The translations under genes and the position numbers were made by a program. The notes beneath the pieces were generated by a model that was not told where the DNA came from, made no database searches, and saw nothing but the letters and a program-made list of their open reading frames with translations. This document shows positions 47,762-56,330 of a stretch of DNA of 64,000 nucleotides, piece by piece. The stretch comes from Collinsella aerofaciens. GTDB taxonomy: Bacteria; Actinomycetota; Coriobacteriia; Coriobacteriales; Coriobacteriaceae. The stretch spans positions 17,703 through 81,702 of the forward strand of contig DBFBCB010000037.1 of the NCBI GenBank assembly GCA_048246715.1, in the 5' to 3' direction. The stretch's first letter is position 1, and every line of letters begins with the position of its first letter.

Positions 47762-48185
47762 GTCTCAATTTTACTTACCGATTGAAAGGATGGCAATCGC
47801 CATGCGCCCGTTCCACAGGCCGGTGATTAGAGAGGGGCTGTATCCGGTAGTATGCGGCAAAATCTGAAGATGCCATACGCGAGGGAGATTGGCAAAGTCT
47901 CTAACCGTGGTATTGTTGACAAAAATCGGGTTGTGCTCAGGGATTGCTAATTTTTCCTCGCGCTTCCGAAATATAGGCATTTTGGCAGCGATCTGAGGTG
48001 CCTTTGAGCGCCATGCCGATGTCGCCGAGCCAAGAGCAATTGGTTAACGGACAAGCTGGGGCACGCGTTCTAGTATTTCAATAGCCAATGCCGAGGGGAC
48101 ACGTTAAGATGAAGCCAGTAAACCCGCCCGGCCCCTGCTTAGCATGCACACTGGCGGGTCTTTTTTTCAAATTCTAGGAGCCGAG

Positions 48186-48646
48186 ATGAAGTACGAGAAG
48201 CCATTCCTCACCTACGACGAGCAGGCGGACCTGCTGATCTCGCGCGGCCTCATGGCAGACCGAGAAGAGCTCGTCGGCAAGCTCGAGCGCGTGGGATAAT
48301 AGCAGGCACGCTCGGAGTTAGCGCCAAGGTGGCCGAATCCTGGCTCGTGGCGCTCAACACTGTGAGGAACTGCTGTGCCCACCATAGCCGCCTCTGGAAC
48401 AAGACGCTCGGCACCAAACCCATGATCCCAAGGGATGACACCGCCTGGCACGAGCCCCACGAGGTCGGCAACCACAAGATGTTCGGCACGCTCACTGTAC
48501 TCAGCTACATGCTCGAAACCATCGCGCCGGCCACCTCATGGAGGTCGCGCCTCCTCGATCTCATGGAAGAGAGGCTGCCTCGCGAGGAATGGCGAGCCAT
48601 GGGCTTCGGAGACGGGTTGATTTCCGATCTCAGCCGAACACATTGA
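48186..48646 (+). pseudogene. Abi_2 (AbiD/AbiF-like) abortive-infection gene, internally deleted and 3'-truncated
   Basis: MKYEKPFLTYDEQADLLISRGL N-terminus. Two stop codons at 48296-48301. The frame shifts to ...VAESWLVALNTVRNCCAHHSRLWN. The ORF is cut at GFGDG by an IS21-type end. Confidence 0.75.
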
Positions 48647-48679
48647 TCGGATAGGCCGTTTCCGTAGCCAGCCGAACCC
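48615..48679 (+). repeat. IS21-family terminal sequence fragment (target of the IS110 insertion)
   Basis: GGTTGATTTCCGATCTCAGCCGAACACATTGATCGGATAGGCCGTT... matches the reverse complement of 19305-19376. A diverged continuation lies at 50107-50217. Confidence 0.7.
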
Positions 48680-48950
48680 ATTACAGTCTGAAATAGGCCA
48701 TCGATAAATTTCGATGGCGAGCATTCGGCGCATTGCCTACGATACGGGCAAGCCCCGAGGGGCCGCCGATCGGGCGCCTCCGGATGGCCGTCTGCCCCTG
48801 CCCCGTAGAGGGCCCGGGGGGTGTTGCCACCGGGGGCGCTCGCCGCTCCGGACGACTGATAGGAAACTGCCGGGCGCAAGCGCCACGGCCAGGTAATGTG
48901 GGTGTCGCGGGGAGGGGTTCCGATCGGCCTACCGATTGGAGGATACCACC
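48680..48950 (+). ncRNA. predicted IS110-type bridge (guide) RNA region in the left end
   Basis: Inferred from the family architecture (long structured 5' non-coding end). GC-rich self-complementary segments. Not folded or searched. Confidence 0.35.
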
Positions 48951-50108
48951 GTGGCACCAATTAGAATGCCGGAAGCCGTCATCGGGCTCGATGTCGGGAA
49001 ATCGTCCCACTGGGCATGCGTCGCGACTCGAGATGGCGAGGTGCTGTTGAGCACCCCCGTCGCGAACAGGGAGGACGACCTGGACTCGCTGTTCGGCCGC
49101 TTCCCCGATGCGCTCGTGGTCGTCGACCAGTCGCGCAACATAGGCGCCCTCGCGCTCGCCCGCGCCAGGGCGGCCGGGATGTCGTCGGCGTACCTGCCGG
49201 GACTCGCGGCGCACGGGGCCGCCAGGCTCTTCGCCGGCGACGCCAAGACCGACGAGCGAGACGCGATGGTCATCGCGAAGACGGCGCTTGGCATCCCCGA
49301 CGCGCTCCTGCCGGTCGGAGACCCAGGTCCGACGATTGCGGCGGCGAGGGCGCTGGCCGCCCAGAGGAACTTCCTGACCTGCGAGAACACTAGGAATAAG
49401 AACCGGCTGCGCAGCATCCTGCTGGAATCGTGCCCCGCCTTCGAGGCGCTGGTCGACCTGTCCGACGGGCCCCAGCTGAGGCTCATGGCATCCCTCGGCG
49501 GGGCCTGGTCGGTAGCCGACGCCGGGCCCCGCAGGGCGGCGGCGCTCACGCGTGGGGCGGCGCGCGGTAAGATCGAGGCCCTCGTCCGCTCGACAACCTC
49601 CTCGACAAGGCCGGATGCGTCGGTCGTCGCCGCCGAGGACCGGGCGGTGAAACTGCTCGCGCGCAGGATATCCGAGAACTCGGCGGAGATCGAGGCGATC
49701 ACGGCGGAGATCTCCGCCCTGCTCGAGGGCGACGATACCTACCGATGCCTCCTGACGGTGCCGGGCATCGGGCCCAAAACCGCTTCCGAGCTTGCGATCT
49801 CCATCGACATCGAAGACTTCCCCAGTCACGACAGGCTCGCGTCGTACTGCAGCCTGGCGCCGCGCAACCGCCAGTCGGGAACCTCGATCTCCTCGGTGAC
49901 GGCATCGCGCCAAGGCAACAAGAGGCTGAAGAACCTGCTCATATTCTCATGTAACTGCCTTACCCGGACAGAGGGGAGATGGGGCGACTACTACACCAGG
50001 TGCCGGGAGCGGGGCATGTCGCACGGCAAGGCGCTCAAGGCGCTGGCGCGAAAGAGACTGAAGGTCATCTACGCGGTAATGCGAGACAGGGTGCCTTACG
50101 CAGCCTAG
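48951..50108 (+). CDS. IS110-family transposase (DEDD/RuvC-like plus Tnp domain)
   Basis: VIGLDVGKSSHWACV N-terminus and LLTVPGIGPKTASELA helix-hairpin-helix. Start probably GTG 48951 after GGAGGA. Confidence 0.9.
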   Translation: MAPIRMPEAVIGLDVGKSSHWACVATRDGEVLLSTPVANREDDLDSLFGRFPDALVVVDQSRNIGALALARARAAGMSSAYLPGLAAHGAARLFAGDAKTDERDAMVIAKTALGIPDALLPVGDPGPTIAAARALAAQRNFLTCENTRNKNRLRSILLESCPAFEALVDLSDGPQLRLMASLGGAWSVADAGPRRAAALTRGAARGKIEALVRSTTSSTRPDASVVAAEDRAVKLLARRISENSAEIEAITAEISALLEGDDTYRCLLTVPGIGPKTASELAISIDIEDFPSHDRLASYCSLAPRNRQSGTSISSVTASRQGNKRLKNLLIFSCNCLTRTEGRWGDYYTRCRERGMSHGKALKALARKRLKVIYAVMRDRVPYAA

Positions 50109-50217
50109 CCGAAACGCACCGAGCAGACTGAAGCCCACCGGCCTAATGGCTTGGCGTCAGCATGCCGCGATTCGGTCGCACGGAGAGCATTTCCCAGTTG
50201 ACAAAACTATAGGAACA

Positions 50218-50330
50218 CATTACAGTCAGAAATGAGCTATTCGATATCTCGTTGATGCATTTCCCCGGTGTCGGATACGATGCAAGCAAGCCCGTCTGGG
50301 CCGCCGATCGGGCGTCCCCCCACATTGTAA
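50218..50330 (+). repeat. solo partial left end of a second, related IS110-family element
   Basis: CATTACAGTCAGAAATGAG...GATACGATGCAAGCAAGCCC...GCCGCCGATCGGGCG parallels 48680-48785, but the internal segment differs. Confidence 0.65.
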
Positions 50331-50477
50331 AATGCGTTCGCTAGAATCGGCTCATTTACCCGTAGAGAGGGCTAGCGCCCATGGTCGACCACGCCGACGT
50401 AGCTTGCAATCTCCCCAAGCGCGCACATGAGCTCATCGAAGAAGCCGACCACATCGAATCCAGCTGTAATGCCAGCC

Positions 50478-51833
50478 TCATTCGATGGGAGTCACGTGCA
50501 TGGAGACGATGCGGAACAAGCCGTCGTCCCAAACCACGTAGTTGCTGTACGTCTTGCTGCCGTAGTATTTGATTCCGTCGATGCCGGCATGACGGCAGCA
50601 TTGGGCGACGAAGTTCGGCACGAGGTACTCCGGCGGGATGACCTGGTCGGTGTTGGTGAATGGGAACCGAAGGTACTTCAGGAAGTAGTTTGTCCCGCGG
50701 CCCACGCCGGAAAGGCTGATGAGGCGGACGTCGCGCCTGCCCTCTATCTCGGCGACCTGGGCCTCGTCCCCCGAACCGTGCTTCCCAATCTCCTGCATCG
50801 CGCCGTGCTCTGTGTCGGAGAAGTAGTAGTAAGCCTTCTGCGGGCCGTTAAACCTTCCCGCTTTCACAAGTAGGCGGGGCGCTTTGACCATGTCGTCCTT
50901 AAGGTACGAGGCCGTCCCTGCGGGTTTCAGCCGAGCGTGGTAATAGACCGGGCTGTCGAACGAAATCGCATCCCTCCAGTCCCGAACCGTCTCCCAGATA
51001 AGCCTACCGGCCTTGCAATCCCTTGCGAAGGCGGGGTCATCCGAGCAAAGCTGCTGAAGCTTCATCATGTCAACCTCGGTCAGCCCCTCAAGGAAGGACA
51101 GGGACGAGGTCAGGACGTTGAACGAGCGAACGCTCGCGGACACCACGCCGAAATCATCGCCGACGCAATTGCAGGGCCCGGGGTCCGTCTCGGCGTCCGC
51201 CGCAAGCAGCCTCTTTCCCCTGATGTCGACCGAGACATCCTCGCTAACGGAGAGCCGCTCGAGCGAGACCTTGCTGAGGTTCTTCACGAAGGTCTTGGTA
51301 CCACGCGGTATCGAGCCGCCGTAGCCGAAATCTCCGAGGGAATCGACAAGCCCGCCGACATTGCCAAGGAGGGCGATGTCGGGACCCCTGACGGTCAGCC
51401 CAGAAAGGCTGCTGGCAAGGCTCTCGTAGACGCCGAAGTAGTCTTTAGACGCAAAGCGGTCCGCCATGTCCCGAATGGCGGGGGTCTGGAGCGAGGCCGT
51501 ACATGCCGCAAGAAGTTCTTGCTGGGCGGAAACAACCTTCATGACCTCGGAAGCTCGATAGGAAGAGAGCCAGCCGCTGGAGTTGATGGAATCGAGGACC
51601 GCACGAATGGAGTCGAGGCGGACGCCCGCCGTAATGGACTTGATGCTGTCAACAAAAGTCACGAGGGCCGGCGCCATACTAGCGCAAACCGCCTCGGACG
51701 TCTTATGCATCATCTCGGTATATGCGACGGACTCGCTCAGGGCCTTCGCCATGCTGAGCCGCATCGCCTCCGACTCGCGCAGTGCCTCTGAGAGGTCCGT
51801 GCGGGCGGATGCAGAATCCTCGCCAGCCCTCAT
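50478..51833 (-). CDS. RES-domain protein with a long N-terminal extension
   Basis: C-terminal AGRFNGPQKAYYYFSDTEHGAMQE ... GIKYYGSK fits the R/E/S signature. About 270 aa of unassigned alpha-helical N-region. Confidence 0.6.
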   Translation of the reverse strand: MRAGEDSASARTDLSEALRESEAMRLSMAKALSESVAYTEMMHKTSEAVCASMAPALVTFVDSIKSITAGVRLDSIRAVLDSINSSGWLSSYRASEVMKVVSAQQELLAACTASLQTPAIRDMADRFASKDYFGVYESLASSLSGLTVRGPDIALLGNVGGLVDSLGDFGYGGSIPRGTKTFVKNLSKVSLERLSVSEDVSVDIRGKRLLAADAETDPGPCNCVGDDFGVVSASVRSFNVLTSSLSFLEGLTEVDMMKLQQLCSDDPAFARDCKAGRLIWETVRDWRDAISFDSPVYYHARLKPAGTASYLKDDMVKAPRLLVKAGRFNGPQKAYYYFSDTEHGAMQEIGKHGSGDEAQVAEIEGRRDVRLISLSGVGRGTNYFLKYLRFPFTNTDQVIPPEYLVPNFVAQCCRHAGIDGIKYYGSKTYSNYVVWDDGLFRIVSMHVTPIE

Positions 51834-52033
51834 CTCATCTACCGTAGCAATCGACTTCCCTCACCAAATGGCCCGACCTGTCTTCTATCCGAATCGCCAT
51901 GGCCGCAGCCTGCGTCAGCGGCGACCCGCGACTCGTTTCCCGATTATACCAGCTGCAACCGAGAAGAGCTTTCCCAGGCTCCTGCGCAGGGCAAAAACGA
52001 GCACGAAGAAGAGGGCGACTTGGATACCAAGAA

Positions 52034-52140
52034 CGGTCGCGCCTCCTCGATCTTATGGAAGAGAGGCTGCCTCGCGAGGAATGGCGAGCCATGGGCTTCG
52101 GAGACGGCCGGGAGAGGCACCCGCTCTGGTCTAAGTGGTT
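52034..52140 (+). pseudogene. second fragment of the Abi_2 C-terminus (72 nt duplicated from 48541-48612)
   Basis: RSRLLDLMEERLPREEWRAMGFGDGRERHPLWSKW. Confidence 0.7.
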
Positions 52141-52486
52141 AGTCAACGAAAAGGTCGATGAAAGCTTCAACGAAGAGAGCCGGCAAAACGAAGGTCGGCA
52201 GGACCAGACAAAGGGGCCCGGCCAACAGCGTTGCCACGCCCCATGTCAGCTCTTGTTGCAGCCGCTCGCGCGTCATGCCAGGATCTCGTTCGCGCGCTTC
52301 TACACCGTTGAGCCTCACCATGCAGCCGAGACGGACAGAAGACCGTGAGCACGGCGAAGAAGACGCGACTGGCTCATCCTTCAATCAATCCAATATATGA
52401 AATCAGATGCAGCCCACTCCAAAGACAACTTCGAAGTTCTTGATTTAGCTACAGCTTTACTGTCACTTACAGCGCCTAAATCAGCA

Positions 52487-53932
52487 TCAGCCCCTACCCG
52501 TTGCCTTGTTAATTTTCCTATACATCTTGGAAACATGGCCACTAATGGGATCATTCGGAAACGCCTTCTGAGCTCTTGCAACATATGAAAGATAGTTTCC
52601 ATGGTGGCTTGGGTCCGAAGTGCCTCGCTTGTCACTCGATCTGTTCCCCTTCGGAGAGTAATGCTCGTACAATGCGCTTACGCGCTTTTTACTCGGATGC
52701 TTGTCCGGATTATCGGCCAGCCTGCCGATTGATTTAGCAGCACGATAAAACCTGCTGTAAAACCTGCCGACCGTAGATTGGCGAATTCGGACATCTTTAC
52801 CGTCAAAATCAAATCCCAAAAACGAAACATGATTTCCAGCATGATGCGCGGTTCGCACAACTTCCATTTCTCCTGCGAGCAATGCACCAAGTGAAAGTTG
52901 CTCGACCCTCCCATCGTTTACACGGTGGATTTTGGTCTTTTCATCTTGTAGTTCAACTGCAGGAACTCCCTGTGCCAAAGCAAGTGCATTGCTTGCTGTT
53001 TTGAGATCCTTGGCTCGGACGATAATGATGAAGTCATCGCAATATCGTATATACCTGCCATTCACGCTGGCAACACACGCGTTAATCTGGGCATCGATAT
53101 CAAACATATACATGTTCGCCAAGACGCCACTTGTTGCCAGCCCTTGGGGGATGCCCCTCGCATCATGACTTCTTTTCCAAGGCACAACAATCGAAGAACC
53201 CTTGTAAGCCGAAAACTCCGCAGGTGTCAAGATGCGCGGTAGCCTGTTAAGACTCCTTAACGCCTTGGATCGAACTTTGGACGCAGAATCGCCAAACGTG
53301 AACGGGTCGTCTGGCTGAAGATCAATCCAGCCAAGCCCATTCCTTCTCGCTAAATCGCCAACAGGCCAATAACAGTAATGCAATATGTTTTTCAGGACTT
53401 GGTAATGGTCCGGTGGAAGCACGCCCTCGTTAAAGAATCCTCTAACGGCCTTGCGTAAGTAACTATGGTCAAGGTTATCGAAAAAGTGGGTGAAGTCTCC
53501 CGTGATAACTAGCGAATCCCCCTGCCCGCGAATGGCATCGATTGCATCTGCAGCAACAGAGCAATTAGTGAGGTGAAATCCGCTTCGATAAGCCGTAGCA
53601 ACACTGCCGATACCAGTTTCTAAGGCACGACGGTCATATAACTTGCCCCATTGCAGCGCATAATACTGAAAAATCCTATGATCCAAGTGAGATGCATATG
53701 CGATATCTCTCGTCTTCAGGATCTTCTTACCGTCCCTGAATCTCACATGGCAAAGCGTATTCGCAATCAAGGGAAGAAATGCGTGACGCTGAATAAAATC
53801 TACGTCACAAACCCTCGCCTCGACATCCTTGAATGCGACACGGTAATCGAAATGCGCGTAGCTCTTCTTTATCGCATACCCTGGAATACGAGGCGGGTCG
53901 AAATCGTCCACGGGCTCACCGCCTTTAATCAA
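52487..53932 (-). CDS. reverse transcriptase, UG/Abi-type (defence-associated RT candidate); not retron- or group-II-like
   Basis: RT motifs ITGDFTHFFDNLDH (A), GIPQGLATSGVLANMYM (B) and YIRYCDDFIII (C; YCDD at 53033-53044), plus SFLGFDF. No maturase, endonuclease or other fused domain. TTG/GTG start. Confidence 0.85.
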   Translation of the reverse strand: MIKGGEPVDDFDPPRIPGYAIKKSYAHFDYRVAFKDVEARVCDVDFIQRHAFLPLIANTLCHVRFRDGKKILKTRDIAYASHLDHRIFQYYALQWGKLYDRRALETGIGSVATAYRSGFHLTNCSVAADAIDAIRGQGDSLVITGDFTHFFDNLDHSYLRKAVRGFFNEGVLPPDHYQVLKNILHYCYWPVGDLARRNGLGWIDLQPDDPFTFGDSASKVRSKALRSLNRLPRILTPAEFSAYKGSSIVVPWKRSHDARGIPQGLATSGVLANMYMFDIDAQINACVASVNGRYIRYCDDFIIIVRAKDLKTASNALALAQGVPAVELQDEKTKIHRVNDGRVEQLSLGALLAGEMEVVRTAHHAGNHVSFLGFDFDGKDVRIRQSTVGRFYSRFYRAAKSIGRLADNPDKHPSKKRVSALYEHYSPKGNRSSDKRGTSDPSHHGNYLSYVARAQKAFPNDPISGHVSKMYRKINKATGRG

Positions 53933-54478
53933 CCTGCTCGGTATATAGGAAGCGGCTCACCCAAACCGAGCAGGCTAACATAAGGTGAAGCGAGTTCACC
54001 AACGCAATGCGGCCGCCCATTCCAATGCTTGCCTATGGCATACTAGATGGAGATGCGGAGATAACCGATATGATTATCAGCGCCCTTGCCCAGCTATGCG
54101 CAGGCAACGTCGGCATCAATAGTGCGAACGTCGGAATTTCGTCGTTTGCGCTATTGACGGCGATAACGCACCTTTACGCCAAATGCGTAAAGCAATTTTA
54201 TTGTACCGGAATGCTATCTTGAATCACGCGATCGCATCAGATCAGAAATATAGCCTACCTGAAAGAGAGTTATCGAAACTTACATTGGCATCAGATGCTT
54301 GAGGCCTTAGTGTCAATAAATACAGAGCAGCTGCCCACAGCCTAGCGGCGACATCCCGGTCTCGGACGGTCTAACGCTGCCCGAGACCTTCCTCTTATCA
54401 AAGCGCCACCGTAAGACGCATGGCTATATCATAAAATGGCACGTATAAACCTCCGTTGATCGAAAGAAAGTCGAGCAT
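53933..54478 (-). ncRNA. candidate structured non-coding RNA / template region upstream of the RT (hypothesis)
   Basis: 546 bp with no convincing ORF. Several hairpins: 53935-53975 abutting the RT start, 53984-54000, 54171-54191 and 54357-54389. Short direct repeats AACGTCGG and GCATCAGAT. Confidence 0.3.
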
Positions 54479-55768
54479 ATGTCAAGAGTTGACGAAGTTA
54501 GAGCAGAGCTGGGCGAGGACAACGTCAACGAGCTTATGGACGCCTACTACACCTCTGGCCTCTCACTGAATGATCTGAGGGAGCTCTATGACCTCCCGAA
54601 GAGCTTCACAGACAAGAAGATCGTTGAGCTGTTCCCTATGATTGAGCTGGACGATGGCTGCCCCCTTTGCGGCGGTGCGCTCTTTGCGCCTAGAATCAGC
54701 AGGGGCATCAAGGACGTCTCGGCGGACTCGTACTATAAGGATCAGGTCTTCTGCCCAAATTGCGGTAAAACTAGACAGCAAGCAATGCGAGAGCTCGAAG
54801 AGTTTGAGCGGAAGTACAGGCTGCGTCGTGCATTCTCAATTGAGCCGAAAGAGTTCGAATGGGCCAAGCGCAATCCTGATAGCCTCACGAGCACAGTATT
54901 CGAGGTCCTGATCGAAGTAAGAGGCGGGGGTGGCAATACCTACCTTGGGCCCATCGCAGACCAACCGCTCTTGTTTGGCTTCATCGACGTCTGTAAGGCG
55001 CTCAGGGGCGAGGGGTACATTCAACCAACCGCAGCATTCGACAAATGGTTGAGCGGGTTTGAGGAAGAGGAAGACGGCTTCAGCTTCTATTGGTACAAGG
55101 TGCCCTTTGCAATCAAGTTGAAAGGCTACACTGCCCACGAGAGAAACCCCATCATCGTCGTAGGTGATCGCGAATACGTCGCGCTTGGTCAGGGTGAGCG
55201 CGAGTACTGGCTGCGAACCGCAAAAGGTCTCGTTCTAGCCTACCTCGATGTCCAGCTTGACGATGCGTGCTACGAGTATGAGGGACCGAAGCGCGAAGAG
55301 TTTGAAACTCTGCTCGACACCATGCTCCTAGAATACTCGCCCGCACAGATCACCTCGCTCATCTGGAACGCGATGGCGACTGCCGAAAAGCACGCAGAGG
55401 AGGGTCCTGCCTACAAAAGAACAGGCAATTGGGCAATGGGTGTCGTCCTCAACCGTGCTAAGAAGGCTCTCTCCGAGCATTGGGATTTGCATCCGAACTT
55501 CCCCTCAAGGACGGTTGAGGACACCGAGTTCGAGTGGAACTTCTTCGACGTCCATGTACCCATAGGCGAAACTTGGATGTACAGGAGCGTCCCCGAGGTC
55601 ACGGGCGGCTGCATAGAAATCAAACATGCAAAGATGCCGAAAGGTGCCGATGCCGCAACAGCGGCCATGATAGCGAAAGCCCGAGAGATCGCTTGGAGAA
55701 TCGGAACGGGCGAACCCGATTACCTCTCGTACGACGAGACCGACCGGTTCATCAAGCGGTACGAATAA
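54479..55768 (+). CDS. hypothetical protein with an N-terminal CxxC...CxxC zinc ribbon
   Basis: 429 aa. CPLCGG ... CPNCG. No other recognisable domain. Divergent from the RT gene. Confidence 0.6.
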   Translation: MSRVDEVRAELGEDNVNELMDAYYTSGLSLNDLRELYDLPKSFTDKKIVELFPMIELDDGCPLCGGALFAPRISRGIKDVSADSYYKDQVFCPNCGKTRQQAMRELEEFERKYRLRRAFSIEPKEFEWAKRNPDSLTSTVFEVLIEVRGGGGNTYLGPIADQPLLFGFIDVCKALRGEGYIQPTAAFDKWLSGFEEEEDGFSFYWYKVPFAIKLKGYTAHERNPIIVVGDREYVALGQGEREYWLRTAKGLVLAYLDVQLDDACYEYEGPKREEFETLLDTMLLEYSPAQITSLIWNAMATAEKHAEEGPAYKRTGNWAMGVVLNRAKKALSEHWDLHPNFPSRTVEDTEFEWNFFDVHVPIGETWMYRSVPEVTGGCIEIKHAKMPKGADAATAAMIAKAREIAWRIGTGEPDYLSYDETDRFIKRYE

Positions 55769-55899
55769 CGAAAAAAGAACGACGGTATGAAGTGACTAGC
55801 GCACAGCAATTCGCGTGCCACGAACAAGTACTTGATGAAAGCGGCTACCTCCAACGCTCCCGTTAAAAAGGAACAACCCCTGAAAAGACCCTAGGGGAC

Positions 55900-56330
55900 A
55901 AGAATCAAGCATGGCTTCAGCAGCCTGGGGTGCCACTGTCCCGCGCCTCAAACAAGTAAATTTGCCGGAGAGAGCCCTCCGACTTCTTCGGGTTGATATT
56001 GCTCGCATAAACGTCGGCAAGCCGCGTATACTAACAATATCCGACCCCCTCCTGAGCGCCGTCGCGGTGCCCGCGCTTGACCTGGCCAAGCACCTCGGGG
56101 TCGAAGTCGTGGCGGTCGCGCGGCGGATATCCCACGCGGGGCAGCGCATGCACAGGCAGCGAAGCCGAATCCCGCGTTGAACATCTCTTCAATCTTTGGC
56201 ACGGATAGATACGGGAGAAGTCTCCAGCATCCTCTACGATTTCTCCGAGACGCTTCTGATATCGGCTTCGTTGATATCAGAATGTGCCGAGATGAACCTC
56301 CTCTGATGAACCCCAATGCGGCGGTTTCCA
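55900..56330 (-). pseudogene. IS256-family transposase C-terminal remnant (frameshifted)
   Basis: GC-rich patch. Weak similarity to the IS256 C-terminal blocks (..IY..PKIEEMFN.. and G.P.RD...L..V...). Confidence 0.4.

Larger units (their letters stand above)
48680..50108 (+). mobile_element. IS110-family insertion sequence
   Basis: About 270-nt non-coding left end, a DEDD transposase, and almost no right-end non-coding sequence. Flanked on both sides by IS21-end sequence (AGCCGAA on both flanks). Confidence 0.8.

Noticed and set aside
47771-47980. 69-aa minus-strand ORF upstream of mntA.
   Set aside because: No RBS or recognisable motif. It is probably a gene fragment or non-coding.
48109-48177. 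22-codon ORF (MKPVNPPGPCLACTLAGLFFKF) with an RBS just upstream of the Abi gene, overlapping a terminator-like hairpin.
   Set aside because: It is too short to support, and the hairpin plus T-run alone explains the sequence. It could be a leader peptide, but there is no evidence.
48681-49913. 410-aa minus-strand ORF covering the IS110 element.
   Set aside because: It is antisense to the clearly recognisable DEDD transposase. Its Arg/Gly/Pro-rich composition marks it as a shadow ORF.
50198-50226. TTGACA-N17-TACAGT read as a reconstituted IS110 circle-junction (RE-LE) promoter.
   Set aside because: The -35 half lies in sequence homologous to the IS21 end (compare TTTCCCAGTTGA at about 19275, reverse strand), not in the IS110 right end. 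It is therefore a target/left-end hybrid promoter, and I kept it only as a note in the IS110 finding.
52139-52384. Small minus-strand ORF ending in a convincing TM helix (LLAGPLCLVLPTFVLPALFV) about 100 nt downstream of the RT, considered as a possible membrane effector.
   Set aside because: It lies in GC-richer DNA continuous with the Abi_2 remnant, overlaps the extended Abi reading frame on the other strand, and has only a TTG start or internal ATG starts. I did not call it.
52487-54478. The RT read as a retron.
   Set aside because: The protein is about 150 aa longer than typical retron RTs and lacks the VTG motif. I could not find inverted a1/a2 repeats flanking an msr/msd-like unit upstream.
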